A stretch of DNA of 63,904 bases, counting the filler, from Licmophora abbreviata (Eukaryota), in assembly GCA_900291995.1 (NCBI GenBank). It is 14 parts of 14 records of this genome, joined end to end, with 100 filler letters (N's around TTAATTAATTAA, not from the genome) between each part and the next. Parts side by side here need not be neighbours in the genome. Positions count along the whole stretch, not along the records: positions 1 to 10,576 come from OLMU01000731.1; positions 10,677 to 12,585 come from OLMU01000734.1; positions 12,686 to 13,966 come from OLMU01000735.1; positions 14,067 to 16,440 come from OLMU01000736.1; 10 more parts are not named here. One strand, 5' to 3'. Below the pieces are notes generated by a model, which saw only the letters and a program-made list of their open reading frames with translations, searched no databases and was not told where the DNA came from. A program made the position numbers and the translations under genes. Shown here piece after piece: positions 1 to 14,300 of the stretch (the stretch's first letter is position 1; each line of letters opens with the position of its first letter).

Positions 1-370
1 AGGAAATCAAAAAGGCCTATCGCGAGCTGGCGCTAAAGTGGTACGTTTGCTTCCTGTAGTGTCCGTTCGTACCAGGGATTTTCCCGGCTTCCTTACAGCG
101 AGTCTCACTCCTTACCGGTACATGAATGCTTTTGCTTGCAGGCACCCTGACAAGAACACTGAAAACACAGAAGAGGCCGAGAAGAAGTTTCAGGATATTA
201 GCGAAGCATACGAAGTTCTATCCGATAAGGAAATGCGAGCCAAATACGACCAAGGAGAGCCCGTCTTTGAGAACCAGGGTGGAGGCCATCAGCATCAGAA
301 CGCACACCAGTTCTTCCGACAACAGTTTCACCAATCCGGTGGGCAACGGTTTCACTTTCGACATGGATAG
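1..370 (+). CDS. C-terminal J-domain of a DnaJ/Hsp40 protein (DNAJC3/P58IPK-like), 5'-partial
   Basis: [13 protein letters not shown], then intron 41-141 (GTACGT..TTGCAG), then [24 protein letters not shown]. The HPD motif is intact. The J-domain is C-terminal and followed by a Q/H/F/G-rich tail. Confidence 0.85.
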   Translation, partial: GNQKGLSRAGAKVVRLLPVVSVRTRDFPGFLTASLTPYRYMNAFACRHPDKNTENTEEAEKKFQDISEAYEVLSDKEMRAKYDQGEPVFENQGGGHQHQNAHQFFRQQFHQSGGQRFHFRHG

Positions 371-667
371 AAGTACGCGCATAACAGTGTTCTAGCAACT
401 GTAGTAGAGCCGTAAGTCGCTCAGTGCCTACACGGCATTTCCTGCTGTGGGACGTTTAGCAAGTACCAGCTGGCTTCTTAGAGCAAGGCACGCGGCGAGT
501 CTTCCGCAAAGAAAGTCATCCAATGGATCGATTCGTCTACTGCGTGGATGATGTGACCTACCAAATCTGTTGCAATCTACTTCATACGTAGTATGTACTT
601 CATATTTTAGCGACACTAGCCTGAGCCTGAGTGCACATGGTCGTCTTTCAATTATCAGGCTCTAACG

Positions 668-2257
668 TCACGCATTAGCTCGTGGTGCGCAAACATCCTT
701 ACGGCATTGATACACGGTCTGCGCTAGAATTTCTTCCCGAGAGAATTCGCCGCCGGGCAGCGGGGGGCATCTAGCCACGGCCCCACTCTCTAGTAGCGTC
801 ACTTCTGCATCCCGTAGGGTCTGCAAGTCCGCAGCAAAAGGTTTGGGCTGCCCCTTTGGCTCACCACTAGCTTCCAGAAAAGTAAAGGCTCGTCGATAGT
901 CCTTACCAGTGTACTGAAGATCGTTCGCCAGATGCGCAGGAATGATGCGGGTAAAGTCCCATTTTGCAACTCTGTCGGCAAAGTCCAAGACTTCGATTGG
1001 ACTTCTGTTCAATATCAGCGTTTGAAGAATAGGAGCTACCAGCAGACCGCCGGAAATGGCATTGAAGTTCGGCATTTCATCGCGCACCCAGTCCCACGGG
1101 TATATCCCAGCAAAGTCAGAGTTAATGTCAGGACGACGCTCTTTGATGGCTGTGTCACTGGTGGAGAAGAGGGACACAGCAGTGAGTTAGGGGCTTTCCA
1201 AGTCGACCACAAGGCCGAGTTCCGCAGCACATCACATCACCACGTACAGGTCTTTAATATCGATCGAACTCGGCGTGAAGAACAATCCAAACAGAACAAC
1301 TCGTCTCCACCCCTTCTTTCGTGTCTCGGGTGTATTTTCCACGAAATCTGTTATGGTGTCTCTTGCATGGTACAGGAGGGGAGCCGGATCGGATTCGTAA
1401 ATCTGAGGCACCTCTGGGTTTACTTCCAAGACAGTATCTGTCACCAATAGAGTCCGTGACGGCTTGTGATACAGAACCGTCTCCCCAAAGGACCCATCCC
1501 TACTTATCAATGGGCCTAATGTCTGCAAATCTATGCTATCCTTCCAGTCGTCAGGTGCCTCCTCGATCGACCCAGGCATGAAATTCGTTCGTCCCACCGG
1601 AAAGCCGAGAAAGGATGGAGGCAGGTCAGTCGGAAACGAGTACTGCCCTTTCTGAAGCCACACTTGAGCGTCCTTGAACTTCTGTGCAAAAACGCCTGCA
1701 TATACCTTATGCTCCAGCGCCACGGAACCCAGGACGATATGCTTGATGGGTCCATTCTCCCTCACAATGCTTCGGACCATGTCCAGACACTCTCGAGTCG
1801 CCGCAACCGGGTTATAGACGAGCAGTCCGCCACTTTTCAGTTTCACTAGTGTCATCCGTAACGGCACTTGTACGTTCAGAATACCAAACTTCTGCTCGAG
1901 AGTCCACACCTGTCCTTCCACAATGGTACTCATAACGGTCTTTTTCTGCTTGTAGGTGCCAACGGGTAGTATACCCCACAAGCCGTAATCTTCAGGTGTC
2001 GCTTCCCGTGTTCCCAAAAAGGACACTCCAAGACCAGCAGTAGCAAAGGAAAGTTCATTGAACTGCCGTCGTGAAAGGCCTGAAATAGGAGAGTTATCAT
2101 CCGACGAGCTAGATTGATGCAGAGCGTAGCTAGTGGCCGAGTCGCCGCCGGTATGTGACACACCAAGACACGGTCTGATGTGCGATTGCACAAGAAACGC
2201 GCCGCTGTGGTGCACGCAGACGAGCAGAAGTCCCAGACAGAGACAGAAACTCTTCAT
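668..2257 (-). CDS. DUF4336-type (metallo-beta-lactamase-like) protein, predicted plastid-targeted
   Basis: Two exons joined by intron 1158-1247 (GTACGT..CTAAC..CAG) give IDIKDL-DTAIKE. Motifs VPLRMTLVKL..GGLLVYNPVA, LEHK, TLLVTD, GGLLVAPILQTL, IIPAH. Leader MKSFCLCLGLLLVCVHHSGA-FLV is a signal peptide with F at +1. Confidence 0.8.
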
Positions 2258-2538
2258 CGTTGGCGTCAGCTCGCTGTGATCGCAGAGAGGGCTCTGGAAA
2301 CGGGTTTGCTGTCGACCATCTGTGGCCATCGTTGGTATGGCCCGCTGATGTGTCGATGCGATCACAGTTTCTGTGAGGAAGAGACGGTGGACGGACAGAT
2401 AAAGCGATTCCCTCTGATGACAACCACAGCGACATGAACTTCTCTTGTCTACCGATCTACCAACTTTTGCTCAGAAGAATGCTCTTTACTAGGTTTATAT
2501 GAATAACGACATTCTTTAGCTCTCAAGGCGCCAGCGAC

Positions 2539-3628
2539 TCAAGGCAAGTCGAATGATAGAAAGCCTTTTTCGGAACATTCTCGCAACAGGCCATTGTGTG
2601 TCGGGCATTTGTCATCCCCCAAGTCAAAAAAGTACTGATTGCGCCATTCAAACTCCTTGACAGCGCAGGGAAAGTCGGTGACCACGTCCGTGTAGGCTGA
2701 AAGACGCTCCATCGTGCCGTTTGCGAAGGCAATGCCTTCCGCCTCGCTAACGGCTGCGACTAGCTCAGTCACAATCTGTTCTACCAGCTCGCTGTGTTCC
2801 GCACCTGCCTGACCGACGGATGCGCATTCCTTGGCCGTGCCTACTAACATGTAAGTAGAAATCCAACTGAAATACAGAAACAAACGAGGGAAAACGAGAA
2901 GGCATGAGATATTTTGTGCTGCTGTAAGAGAGCTGGCGGACAACCTTGACAGGAACTCACATGAGCTTTTCAAACATGGCAGGTCGGTACTCTTCGGGTG
3001 CCACGACGTTGCACTTCAAGCTGAGCGCCGCTAGTCGATCGGCCAGAGCTTGTGCATGTACTCCTGTTGCTGCCGTCAGACCTTCAGGATTGACCGTTGT
3101 TATGCCATCCACAGGTTCGGCACCCTTGGCTGTGACGCTCAAGTACAAGAGAGCCTGGGTGTTCGATAAGAGCGACTTGGATTGTAGAAAGTTATCGAGG
3201 TAGCCGTTCTGTAGAAACACTAGATCTTGCAATCGACCCTCCGGACAATCTTCCACAATACCGTCCAAAGCATCGTTTCTTGTCGCGATTAGAATGGGAC
3301 CACTGCCGTCTGGATCGATCTTGTCGCCACGGCCGAGCAAAATGGTTTCACCTCCTTGCGCTAGCAGTGCACCGATTCGACCACCTCCAATGACTGTCAC
3401 AGAACTGGATGTATCTTCCCCACCGCCCACCCCAAGGGGTCCGCCATCTTCTCCAAGGCCCCGCGAAGCCAGCCAGGCCCTCTTTTTCCCCCATTTTGCA
3501 CGACCTTTCGAGGCCATCCTCAAGGCTGTGACACCACCAGCAGTATCGATACTTGGATTGGTCCAAGCATGTCCAGCGTGTACCACAGCACTGAGGAAGA
3601 GTAGCAAGAGCGCCGCTGCAGTCTTCAT
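2539..3628 (-). CDS. Ketopantoate-reductase-like Rossmann protein (plant/algal plastid family)
   Basis: VIGGGRIG nucleotide-binding loop, TRND, LVFLQNG. Intron 2867-2960 (GTGAGT..TTTCAG) restores EKLIWIS. C-terminal AVKEFEWRN. Signal peptide ends GHA-W. Confidence 0.75.
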
Positions 3629-3848
3629 GGTAATCCACGGCCGAACAAAGGTACATTGTGATGGCATCGTGCAGGAGGCGACATGGTTTCAAACGTCACT
3701 GACGTCACTGCATTTGGAAAGATGCGACAGCCAGACCGCCGCTCGTGGGCCGTCAGTTTTCCATCGGCGGAGAGTGAGGGATCGAGATAAAATGTAGTTT
3801 TCCAAAAGATCGTTGCAGCGTCCATTGTATTGCACTGCCTTGACCGCC

Positions 3849-6800
3849 ATGCCACCCCGCCGCAGGAAGGCCGCTACTGGCCGCAAAACCAAACAAAAGA
3901 AAGAGGAGGGATCTCGTGATAAGCCATCCACGAAAAAATCCCGACCAGATGGGTCTTCTGTGACTGAAGTTTTCGCACAATGTCGCTCCACCCCAAGAGC
4001 AATTCGAAGCTTCGAAGAGTCCGGCGTCGTGTCGCAGCTCGTTTGGCCCACTCTCGTCAATATTTTTGGTAGCAGGAATGGCGTTGGAGGTGACGAGTGG
4101 AAGATTGCATGTCAGCTGCTGGCACTCGTGGTGTCCCACGCACACCAGTTCGATGGAAGGAGTGCGGTTGGGCACCAGGATCCTCTCGAGCCGTGTGACA
4201 ATGCGGATGTCAATCAGGCGGTGCTTGCGACGCTTCTCAGCATGATGCACTCATCGAGTCAGGACTTGATGACAACGATCGAGATTCTTGGATTTCTCAC
4301 GTGCGCACTTAGCAGCGATCAATCAGCCTTGGCCCGAAGTACTATAGTTCCGAATGTTCTACTGTGGAAGTATGTTCCGGAGCGTCGTAGGGAACTGGAA
4401 TTGCGGCGGAATGCTGGCCTCCGACGAAAATATAACACGTTGACGGAGCAGTCGAACAATCAGGAACAAGATGATTCTCAGTGGCTTGTCCTGTGGATGG
4501 ATCGGTTCTTGACACTCTTGGAACGAAACACCTATGCAACCGGCACGAAGGAGAACCCGGATGCCGACACCGCCATGGACGAAGAAGACAACCAGACAGG
4601 CGGAACGAATGTATCTTCCTACTCTTCGGAAGAAAAATTGTTTCTGCACCGGTCGCTGGAGCTGCTCCTGGATCTCTTGTCGGCTGGGGACACACGGCAG
4701 CACTTGGCTTCGTATCTGGAAGCCACTCACTTTGTCGTACGCTGCAAGTTGGCGACCAATCATCATCGCGAAACCTCGTTGACGACTCAGCTCTTGCGGC
4801 GTGTCAACGACTGCTTGTCATTCCCTCTGCGGGGTGCACACACGTCCTTGTCAAAAACGGACGTCTTGTCCAAGTATCATGCTCGCGCCACGATTCTTCA
4901 GAAACTGTGCCATCGTCACTATGCCGAAAAGCTCCCCGAAATCATTTACGCGGGGGTAGGGCTTCTTTGCAATGGGTCCTATTTGCCGCGGGCCTTGGGG
5001 GGTCTATCCGATGCAAAGTTGCGCGAACTGCTTTATCGGCTTTGTCTCATTGAGTCGCAGGACGAAGAGTCTACGACGCGTGAATTCTGCTTGGCGGTGC
5101 TGGTCCATCATGTTTCTATTCCATCATATCCTCTGGACCAGTTAAAAGCGTTTCCACTCTACCCGACGGAATCTGTCTTGTGGAATCCTCACGTCATTCC
5201 CTCTGGAAGACCCCTGTCGACCGACGAACCCACGACACTGGCTTTGCCTAAACTGCAGAAACAATTTCTGTCGTACGCTGACTACCTCCTTCGCAACTTT
5301 GAATTGACAAGACTCGAGAGCGCCTACGAAATTCGTCAAGATCTCGTTCATGTCTTAAAGCGTGTCAAGCCCGTGCTGCGGCAGCAAGCGGGTGACCAAG
5401 AACATGAGACATTTGCCACGGACTTTCGGGGATGGGCGCGTATGGCACTCGAGCTGGCGACAGTACGTATTGTTAGGGTCGCACCGCCCAAGCTAGGAGA
5501 GGGACATCCATCTCAAGTTGTTGCCGAAGTCAGCGTGGACCTTGCTCCATGTGGACAAGCTATGCGGCGGGAGTGGGATCAATTGGGGGAATTCGATAAC
5601 ATCTTCATGGTGGCAGTCGATGCTTCGCAAATGTCCGGTTCACCGGCACCTTTGTTGCCCGGAAATTCGGAGCGCCGAATTCCTGATGAGGAGGATAGCT
5701 CTTTTCCGGAACGCTTTGGCATCATGGCAGTTCGAGGTGCCATGATACTTCAGGTACGAGATGAAGAAGGACGAATTCTTAGCGACCCTGCTGCTCGCTC
5801 TGATATGGATACTGGTCACTCCAGAGGCGAGGGTGGGACGAAGCGAATCTTGCGGGTAGCACTGGACCCTGTACAGTATGCACTTGATGCACAATCTAAA
5901 GCCGGAACCTTTCTTTATCAGAGCTTGAATTTGGTTGTGCGAAGGCATGGTCGAGAGAACAACTTCAAAGCTGTGCTTGAGACAATCCGTGGCCTGACGG
6001 AGGGGTCTGGTTCGATCGATCGTGTCATACCCCCTTGGCTGCAGCCTCTCCTGCTGGGGTACGGAGACCCAGATTCAGCGTCATACACGTCCAACGTCAT
6101 TCAACAGTACGCCCTGAAGACACCAGGAGTCGCAAAGCCTAATGATGCTCTTGACTACGGAGACACGTTCCTCGACCAAGTCCACTTGCGCGATTCCTTT
6201 CCTGACATTAAGGACATCACGGTGGACGGCAAGAAGAAGCCAGGCAAAGACAAAGATCAGCGTCACAACTATCGAATAGGCATGACCGCATCTGGCGCGA
6301 AAACGGCCCTTGAGGCGAGTTCCTATCCATTTCCTGCGCACGGCAGTGGAAATTCAGTACGATTCACACCCGTTCAGGTAGAAGCGATCCGGTCTGGTCT
6401 GTCGCTCGGCCTGACACTTGTATGCGGACCTCCAGGCTGTGGCAAAACGGATTTGGCAGTCCAGATCATTGGGAATCTTTTCCATTCCTTTCCAACACAG
6501 CGCACAGTCATCGTGACGCATTCAAACGCTGCGCTGAATGATTTGTTCACAAAGATCATGGCTCGAGGCGATATTGACGAGCGCTACCTTATCCGTCTTG
6601 GTTCCGGGGAACGGGAGTTGAACATCGAGTCATCTCACGATTTCACAAAGACTGGGCGCGTGGCTCATTCGTTGGATCGCCGAGCAAAACTCTTGATGCA
6701 AGTGCAGCTCCTGTCGGAATCGTTGGGTATCAGTGGCAAGGCCGAACGTGGACCAGATGGGTCACCTTCGTATACATGCGAAACGGCCAAGTATTTTGAC

Positions 6801-8112
6801 ACGCACTACATCCAGAAGGATGCCGAGGGATTCAAGCAGTCCCTCTCTTCAAACGTTGATGTCTCGGTTGGCGCTATTTTCCCTTTCAAAAAGTACTTCG
6901 CCATGGACGACAACGAAGCAAACAATCTGACTCTTGATGAGGCCAACCAGAAGCTGTCTGAGATTGAGAAGATCTTCTCTGAGCTTGCTGAGTACAGACC
7001 TCTTGAGCTGCTACGCACCCAGCGCCAGCGGACAGACTTCTTGTTAATGAAGCAGGCTCGCATAGTGGCGATGACCTGCACACACGCCGCTATTGCGAGA
7101 ACGCATCTCATTAATATGGGTTTCCAGTACGACAACATCGTAATGGAGGAGGCTGGTCAGATGACCGAAGTCGAGACCTTTGTTCCATTGCTCCTTCAGA
7201 AGGGAGAAACTGATGAGACCTCCGGCCTGACGAGACTAAAGCGTATTTGCCTGATCGGCGATCACCACCAGCTACCTCCCGTTGTTAAGAACATGTCATT
7301 CTCCAAGTACAGCAATCTCGACCAGAGCATGTTTTCGCGACTCATTCGACTTAGGGTCCCGTACATTCAGCTGGATCGACAAGGCCGCTCACGTCCCGAA
7401 ATCGCCCAGCTCTATAGCTGGCGCTACAAGAATCTTGGAAACTTGGACCACGTTACAGAGTCCCACGATTTCCAGGCCGCCAACACTGGATTCGCACGTA
7501 CATATCAGATGATAAATGTCGAGGATTTCGACGGACGTGGAGAATCAGCGCCAACTGCCTACTTCTACCAAAATGTTGGCGAGGCGGAGTACGCCGTCGC
7601 TCTGTTTCAATACATGGTTTTGATTGGATACCCACCAAACAAGATTGCGCTCTTGACTACATACAATGGCCAAAAAGAGCTATTGAACGATATTCTCGCA
7701 CAGCGCTGTGGCCCGGGCACGCCCCTAGCCGGGATCCTACCCAAGGCTGTAGAGACCGTCGACCGATACCAGGGCCAGCAGGCTGACTATGTGATCCTTT
7801 CGTTGGTACGAACGGCCACAGTTGGTCACTTGCGCGATATTCGCCGCCTTGTGGTGGCGGTGTCGCGCGCCCGTCTAGGCCTTTACGTCTTGTGCCGACA
7901 AGCTCTTTTCCAATTGCCATGAGCTGAAGCGTACCATGGACCACTTTGCTGAGGGACCCAAACAGCTAGAATTGGTCGTGGGGGAGCAGTTTCCGACGCA
8001 ACGAATGATTCGTGACGAGATCCCTGAGGACAAGCGATTTCAAGTTGAAGATGTCGCGCACCTAGGAGCGATGGTTCACAAGATGCAAGAAAACTGGTTG
8101 GATAATGCCTGA
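3849..8112 (+). CDS. AQR: Intron-binding RNA helicase Aquarius (IBP160), with apparent frameshift near 7905-7912
   Basis: LALPKL..QFLSYADYLLRNFEL.RLESAYEIR, FRGWARMA, RENNFKAVLETIR, GPPGCGKTD, MEEAGQ, IGDHHQLPPV, VDRYQGQQ, VAVSRARLGLY. The C-terminus (NCHEL..KMQENWLDNA*) continues in another frame to TGA 8110-8112. Confidence 0.95.
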
Positions 8113-8274
8113 TAGCATGGTACGTTGGCCTGGATGGTCGGATATGACCAGGTTCGGTAGTTGCTCCTCTCTTTTGCTAATCTTTCATACGAGTAGTGTA
8201 GGTATTCTGCCGGTACGGCGTGTATGATAGAATTTGGTCTCATTCATCGACCTCTTCTCTAGGGATAGGATTAG

Positions 8275-10505
<2,231 letters not shown>

Positions 10506-10576
10506 AGGCGATGCAGTTCAACCTAGTATTTTACTTCTAGTAAAGTCATTGCATGCGAGCAACACTTTCTCACGTT

Positions 10577-10676
10577 NNNNNNNNNNNNNNNNNNNNNNNN
10601 NNNNNNNNNNNNNNNNNNNNTTAATTAATTAANNNNNNNNNNNNNNNNNNNNNNNNNNNNNNNNNNNNNNNNNNNN
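10577..10676. other. Artificial assembly spacer
   Basis: N44-TTAATTAATTAA-N44, with stops in all six frames. Confidence 0.98.
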
Positions 10677-11346
10677 GCCGGCACCACAACTAAGTGGGGA
10701 TCTATTGCTCCTATCAGTCAGGGCGGACGCCGTAGAGCGGTCGGGTACTGTACCGGCCGTCATTGGTAGACTACTGTGTCATACCAGTTACAACTTGAAA
10801 AAGCGTGCGAGCAACGAAAATGTGATCGAAGAGCGCTTGTCGTCGAGTCGCGCATGTCCGTTGAAACGTCCTAACGGAGCGGTTGAATTCGGCGATCGTC
10901 GCTTGCGGAGTTCTCGTCACCGTAGCGGGTGGTATTATTCGTACATGACGGTAATCGCCACCAAACATGAAGAAGACGATTTTATCTGAGACACTGGACA
11001 TTTTCGTACTTATTAAGTGTCCACTGATAATTCTTGTGTATACTCCATCTTCGCTAATTGGAGATCAACGGTTCTATTTCTATATTAATCTACGAATTGA
11101 TTGCATTAGCTTCTCCAACAGTCAAAATATAGTGTCTGTAGGGAGCTACATGCGATTGTACCAATGTCCACAAAATTGATCAACCATCTTTCGCCAAATC
11201 CTTCACAATATTCATGCGATGCAAGTCTACGACCTGCGAAAACTATCTCATTGCTGCTGTGATCGTCCCCGTCTCCATCAAGCTTCAACGAGTGGACAAT
11301 ACCCCAAGAGTGTTTAATTTGCATTGTTGTACACCTTCAAGAGAGT

Positions 11347-14300
11347 ATGAGATTCTCATGTGCGGCACTACTCGCTTCTTTGTTGGCTGCGACCTCTTTC
11401 GACGTGGCTTCGGCCGGTATCTTCGGATTCAACAAGGCATCAGAAGAAAAGGTCGCCAGAACGGAGGATGCAGTGTACTGGTCTCGCCTTCTCACAGGGG
11501 ATGCGAGTGTGACTCCTAGCCCTACTCCTCCACCCGTTGTTGGACCTACCCCCGACCCGACCCCGTCACCAACACCTGGTCCAACGCCGGCACCAACGCC
11601 GGCACCAACTGGTAACTGTCTCGTCGAGGTAAGTCAAAAGATTTGCCCCCATTGAGCTCAGCCTTGATCTTCACTTATTCCAAAGATGAACTGACACATT
11701 CGATTGCTTTGTTGCTTACTGCCACAGGTCACCACCACTTGCGTCGACACAGCAGGGAACGATTGTAACGAGATCCCTCAGCCTCCGGCGCAGTGTGCTG
11801 ACGGTACTACTATCACCACAGTCACTTTCGGATATAAGGGTGGTAGCTGCGATTCGTGCCCTCGAAATGAGCAAGGTGGCGAAGCCACCTGTACTGACGT
11901 CAATGGTGGACCCGATATGTCGTCGGACGTCCAGATGGTCTGCTTTGACGGCGCGATCGTTCTCTACGACGCAACTGTCAGTCCCGGCATGCCGTTCGTC
12001 GTGAGTGGCGCCGGCGGCGGGGATCTCCCAGATCTTCTCACCTGTGAGGCCAGGAGTCTTGTGGACGGGTCTACGTTGCAGACCATGACCATCAACACTT
12101 CCGGTCAGGAGGACTTCCAGTTGACAGACTGCTTCGGTAGCGTCACTGTGCTGTCCTGTGACGACTCGAGTTGCCTCGAGAAGGTCACATACACCTACGA
12201 GTTCGAGAATGTTGGACCTGGTCCAATGAACTTGACAGTTGCCGAGCGAGAGCGCGGCATGGAGGTCGTCGATCTACTCCCTCAAATCGACGACACAGAG
12301 CTGGAGGCCGGAGAGTCTGCGTTTGCGACTGACATGGAGGTCATCAACATCTGTGTGCCAGCAGAATATAAGACTACTACTACGGCTGAGGCTGATCCGC
12401 CTACCGGCTTTCCGTGCATTGACACGGATACGTATGTCTTCACGACCGATCCTCTACCCACTCCCCCGCCGACACCTTCCCCGACACCTGCTCCAACTCC
12501 GGCACCAACACCTGCCCCGACGCCGGCCCCGACACCTGCCCCGACGCCTAGCCCCACACCTGGCCCGACGTTCATGCCTGTTACTNNNNNNNNNNNNNNN
12601 NNNNNNNNNNNNNNNNNNNNNNNNNNNNNTTAATTAATTAANNNNNNNNNNNNNNNNNNNNNNNNNNNNNNNNNNNNNNNNNNNNCCGATCCCACACCAG
12701 CTCCCACACCAGGTCCAACGCCTGATCCCACACCAGCTCCCACACCTGGTCCAACGCCCGTCCCCGTCCCAGGTCCAACGCCCAATCCCACACCAGCTCC
12801 CACACCAGGTCCAACGCCCGATCCCACGCCAGCTCCCACGCCAGCTCCCACCCCAGCTCCCACCCCAGCTCCCACACCCGATCCGACTCCTGCCCCTAGT
12901 ACTCCTCCACCCACCCCACCAGAAGTGTGCGAGGTTGATGTCGAAATCTGTTGCGAGACCGTTGAAGAAAACGAAGACTGCATGGAAGCAATCCAGCCAG
13001 TGATTGGCCTTGCTTGTGAAGCGGAGCCAACAGAGATTTGTTTCGTTTACACGTCACTGCCATGTGATCCGGACGCTGTCGGCTCTATGGGATTGGAATC
13101 TTGTGCTGATATGAACGGTGGCCCAACGGACGTTGCTGAGATCGTTGTACAGAGTGGCACTGCCATTCTGTTCACAGAGGATGTTCGTGTTGGCGATGAG
13201 TACTGCATCACAAATAGTGGAGCAGTTCTTCCTTCGCTGTTGACGATAACAACTAACTCTCCCGAAGGCGCTGAGCTGCAGATGGTGGTGATCGATACCA
13301 CATGCACTGGTAGCGGACTTACTTTGCTGACCGACTATGGAGCTTCCAAGCTCTCGGCGTTCATCAACGCAGACGAAACAAAAGAATGCTTCGTCGACGT
13401 TACATACTCGTACAAGGTGGACAACACTGGAGGTGTCGACCTGACACTCGTCGAGCTTGAGCGTACATGCGATGGAGAGGTAAAAGATCTGCTCGCCGAT
13501 CTTTCTCCTGCAGAGGCGAACATCGCTGCTGGTGATCGGCTCACAGTCGTAGAGGACACTGATACTCTCAACGTTTGCATGAGTGGCGGAGTCAACAAGA
13601 CTGCCATTGTTGTCGGCGAAGGCAACACACCAAATCCCCCACCGTGCGAAGACACTGACTCATACCAATTCACTTGGGTTGTCCCAATCACCCCTGCCCC
13701 AACCCCTGCACCCACTCCACAGAGTGCCGCACCTTCCCCATTCAACTGTCTTGTCAGTATCGAGACTGAATGTGCAAATCCAGATCCCAATGCTCCCTCG
13801 CCAGACTGTGACGAGATCCCACCACTAATCACACGTTGTGAGAAACGACCTTCCGAGATGGTATTCAACTATGTCGGAGGAAACTGCGACAATAGTTTCA
13901 ACATCCAGCCTCTTGACAAATTTACTTGCATGGACTTTGGCGTGGGGCCGCCGACAACGGAAGGAANNNNNNNNNNNNNNNNNNNNNNNNNNNNNNNNNN
14001 NNNNNNNNNNTTAATTAATTAANNNNNNNNNNNNNNNNNNNNNNNNNNNNNNNNNNNNNNNNNNNNGGTACAGGCCCGCCGACTACCGAAGGAGCTGTGT
14101 CGTGGGTCATCGCACAAGAGGCAGGAGGAGGAGAACTCTACTTTGAAGGCCCAGTTGCTGTTGGCGGTCAATACGTTGTTGTCGCTGAAGACACCGTCGA
14201 TGCCAACATGGACCTCTTGACCTTCGATGCCCCTCCGGCCCAAGGCGGGGCACAGCTCCAGGCCGTGACGTACCACAGCTCTTGTTCGCAGAACCTGTTC

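Noticed and set aside
12282..12983. Minus-strand GVGAGVG and WELGWEL repeat ORFs resembling silk or elastin
   Set aside because: They are antisense shadows of the plus-strand PTPA repeat.
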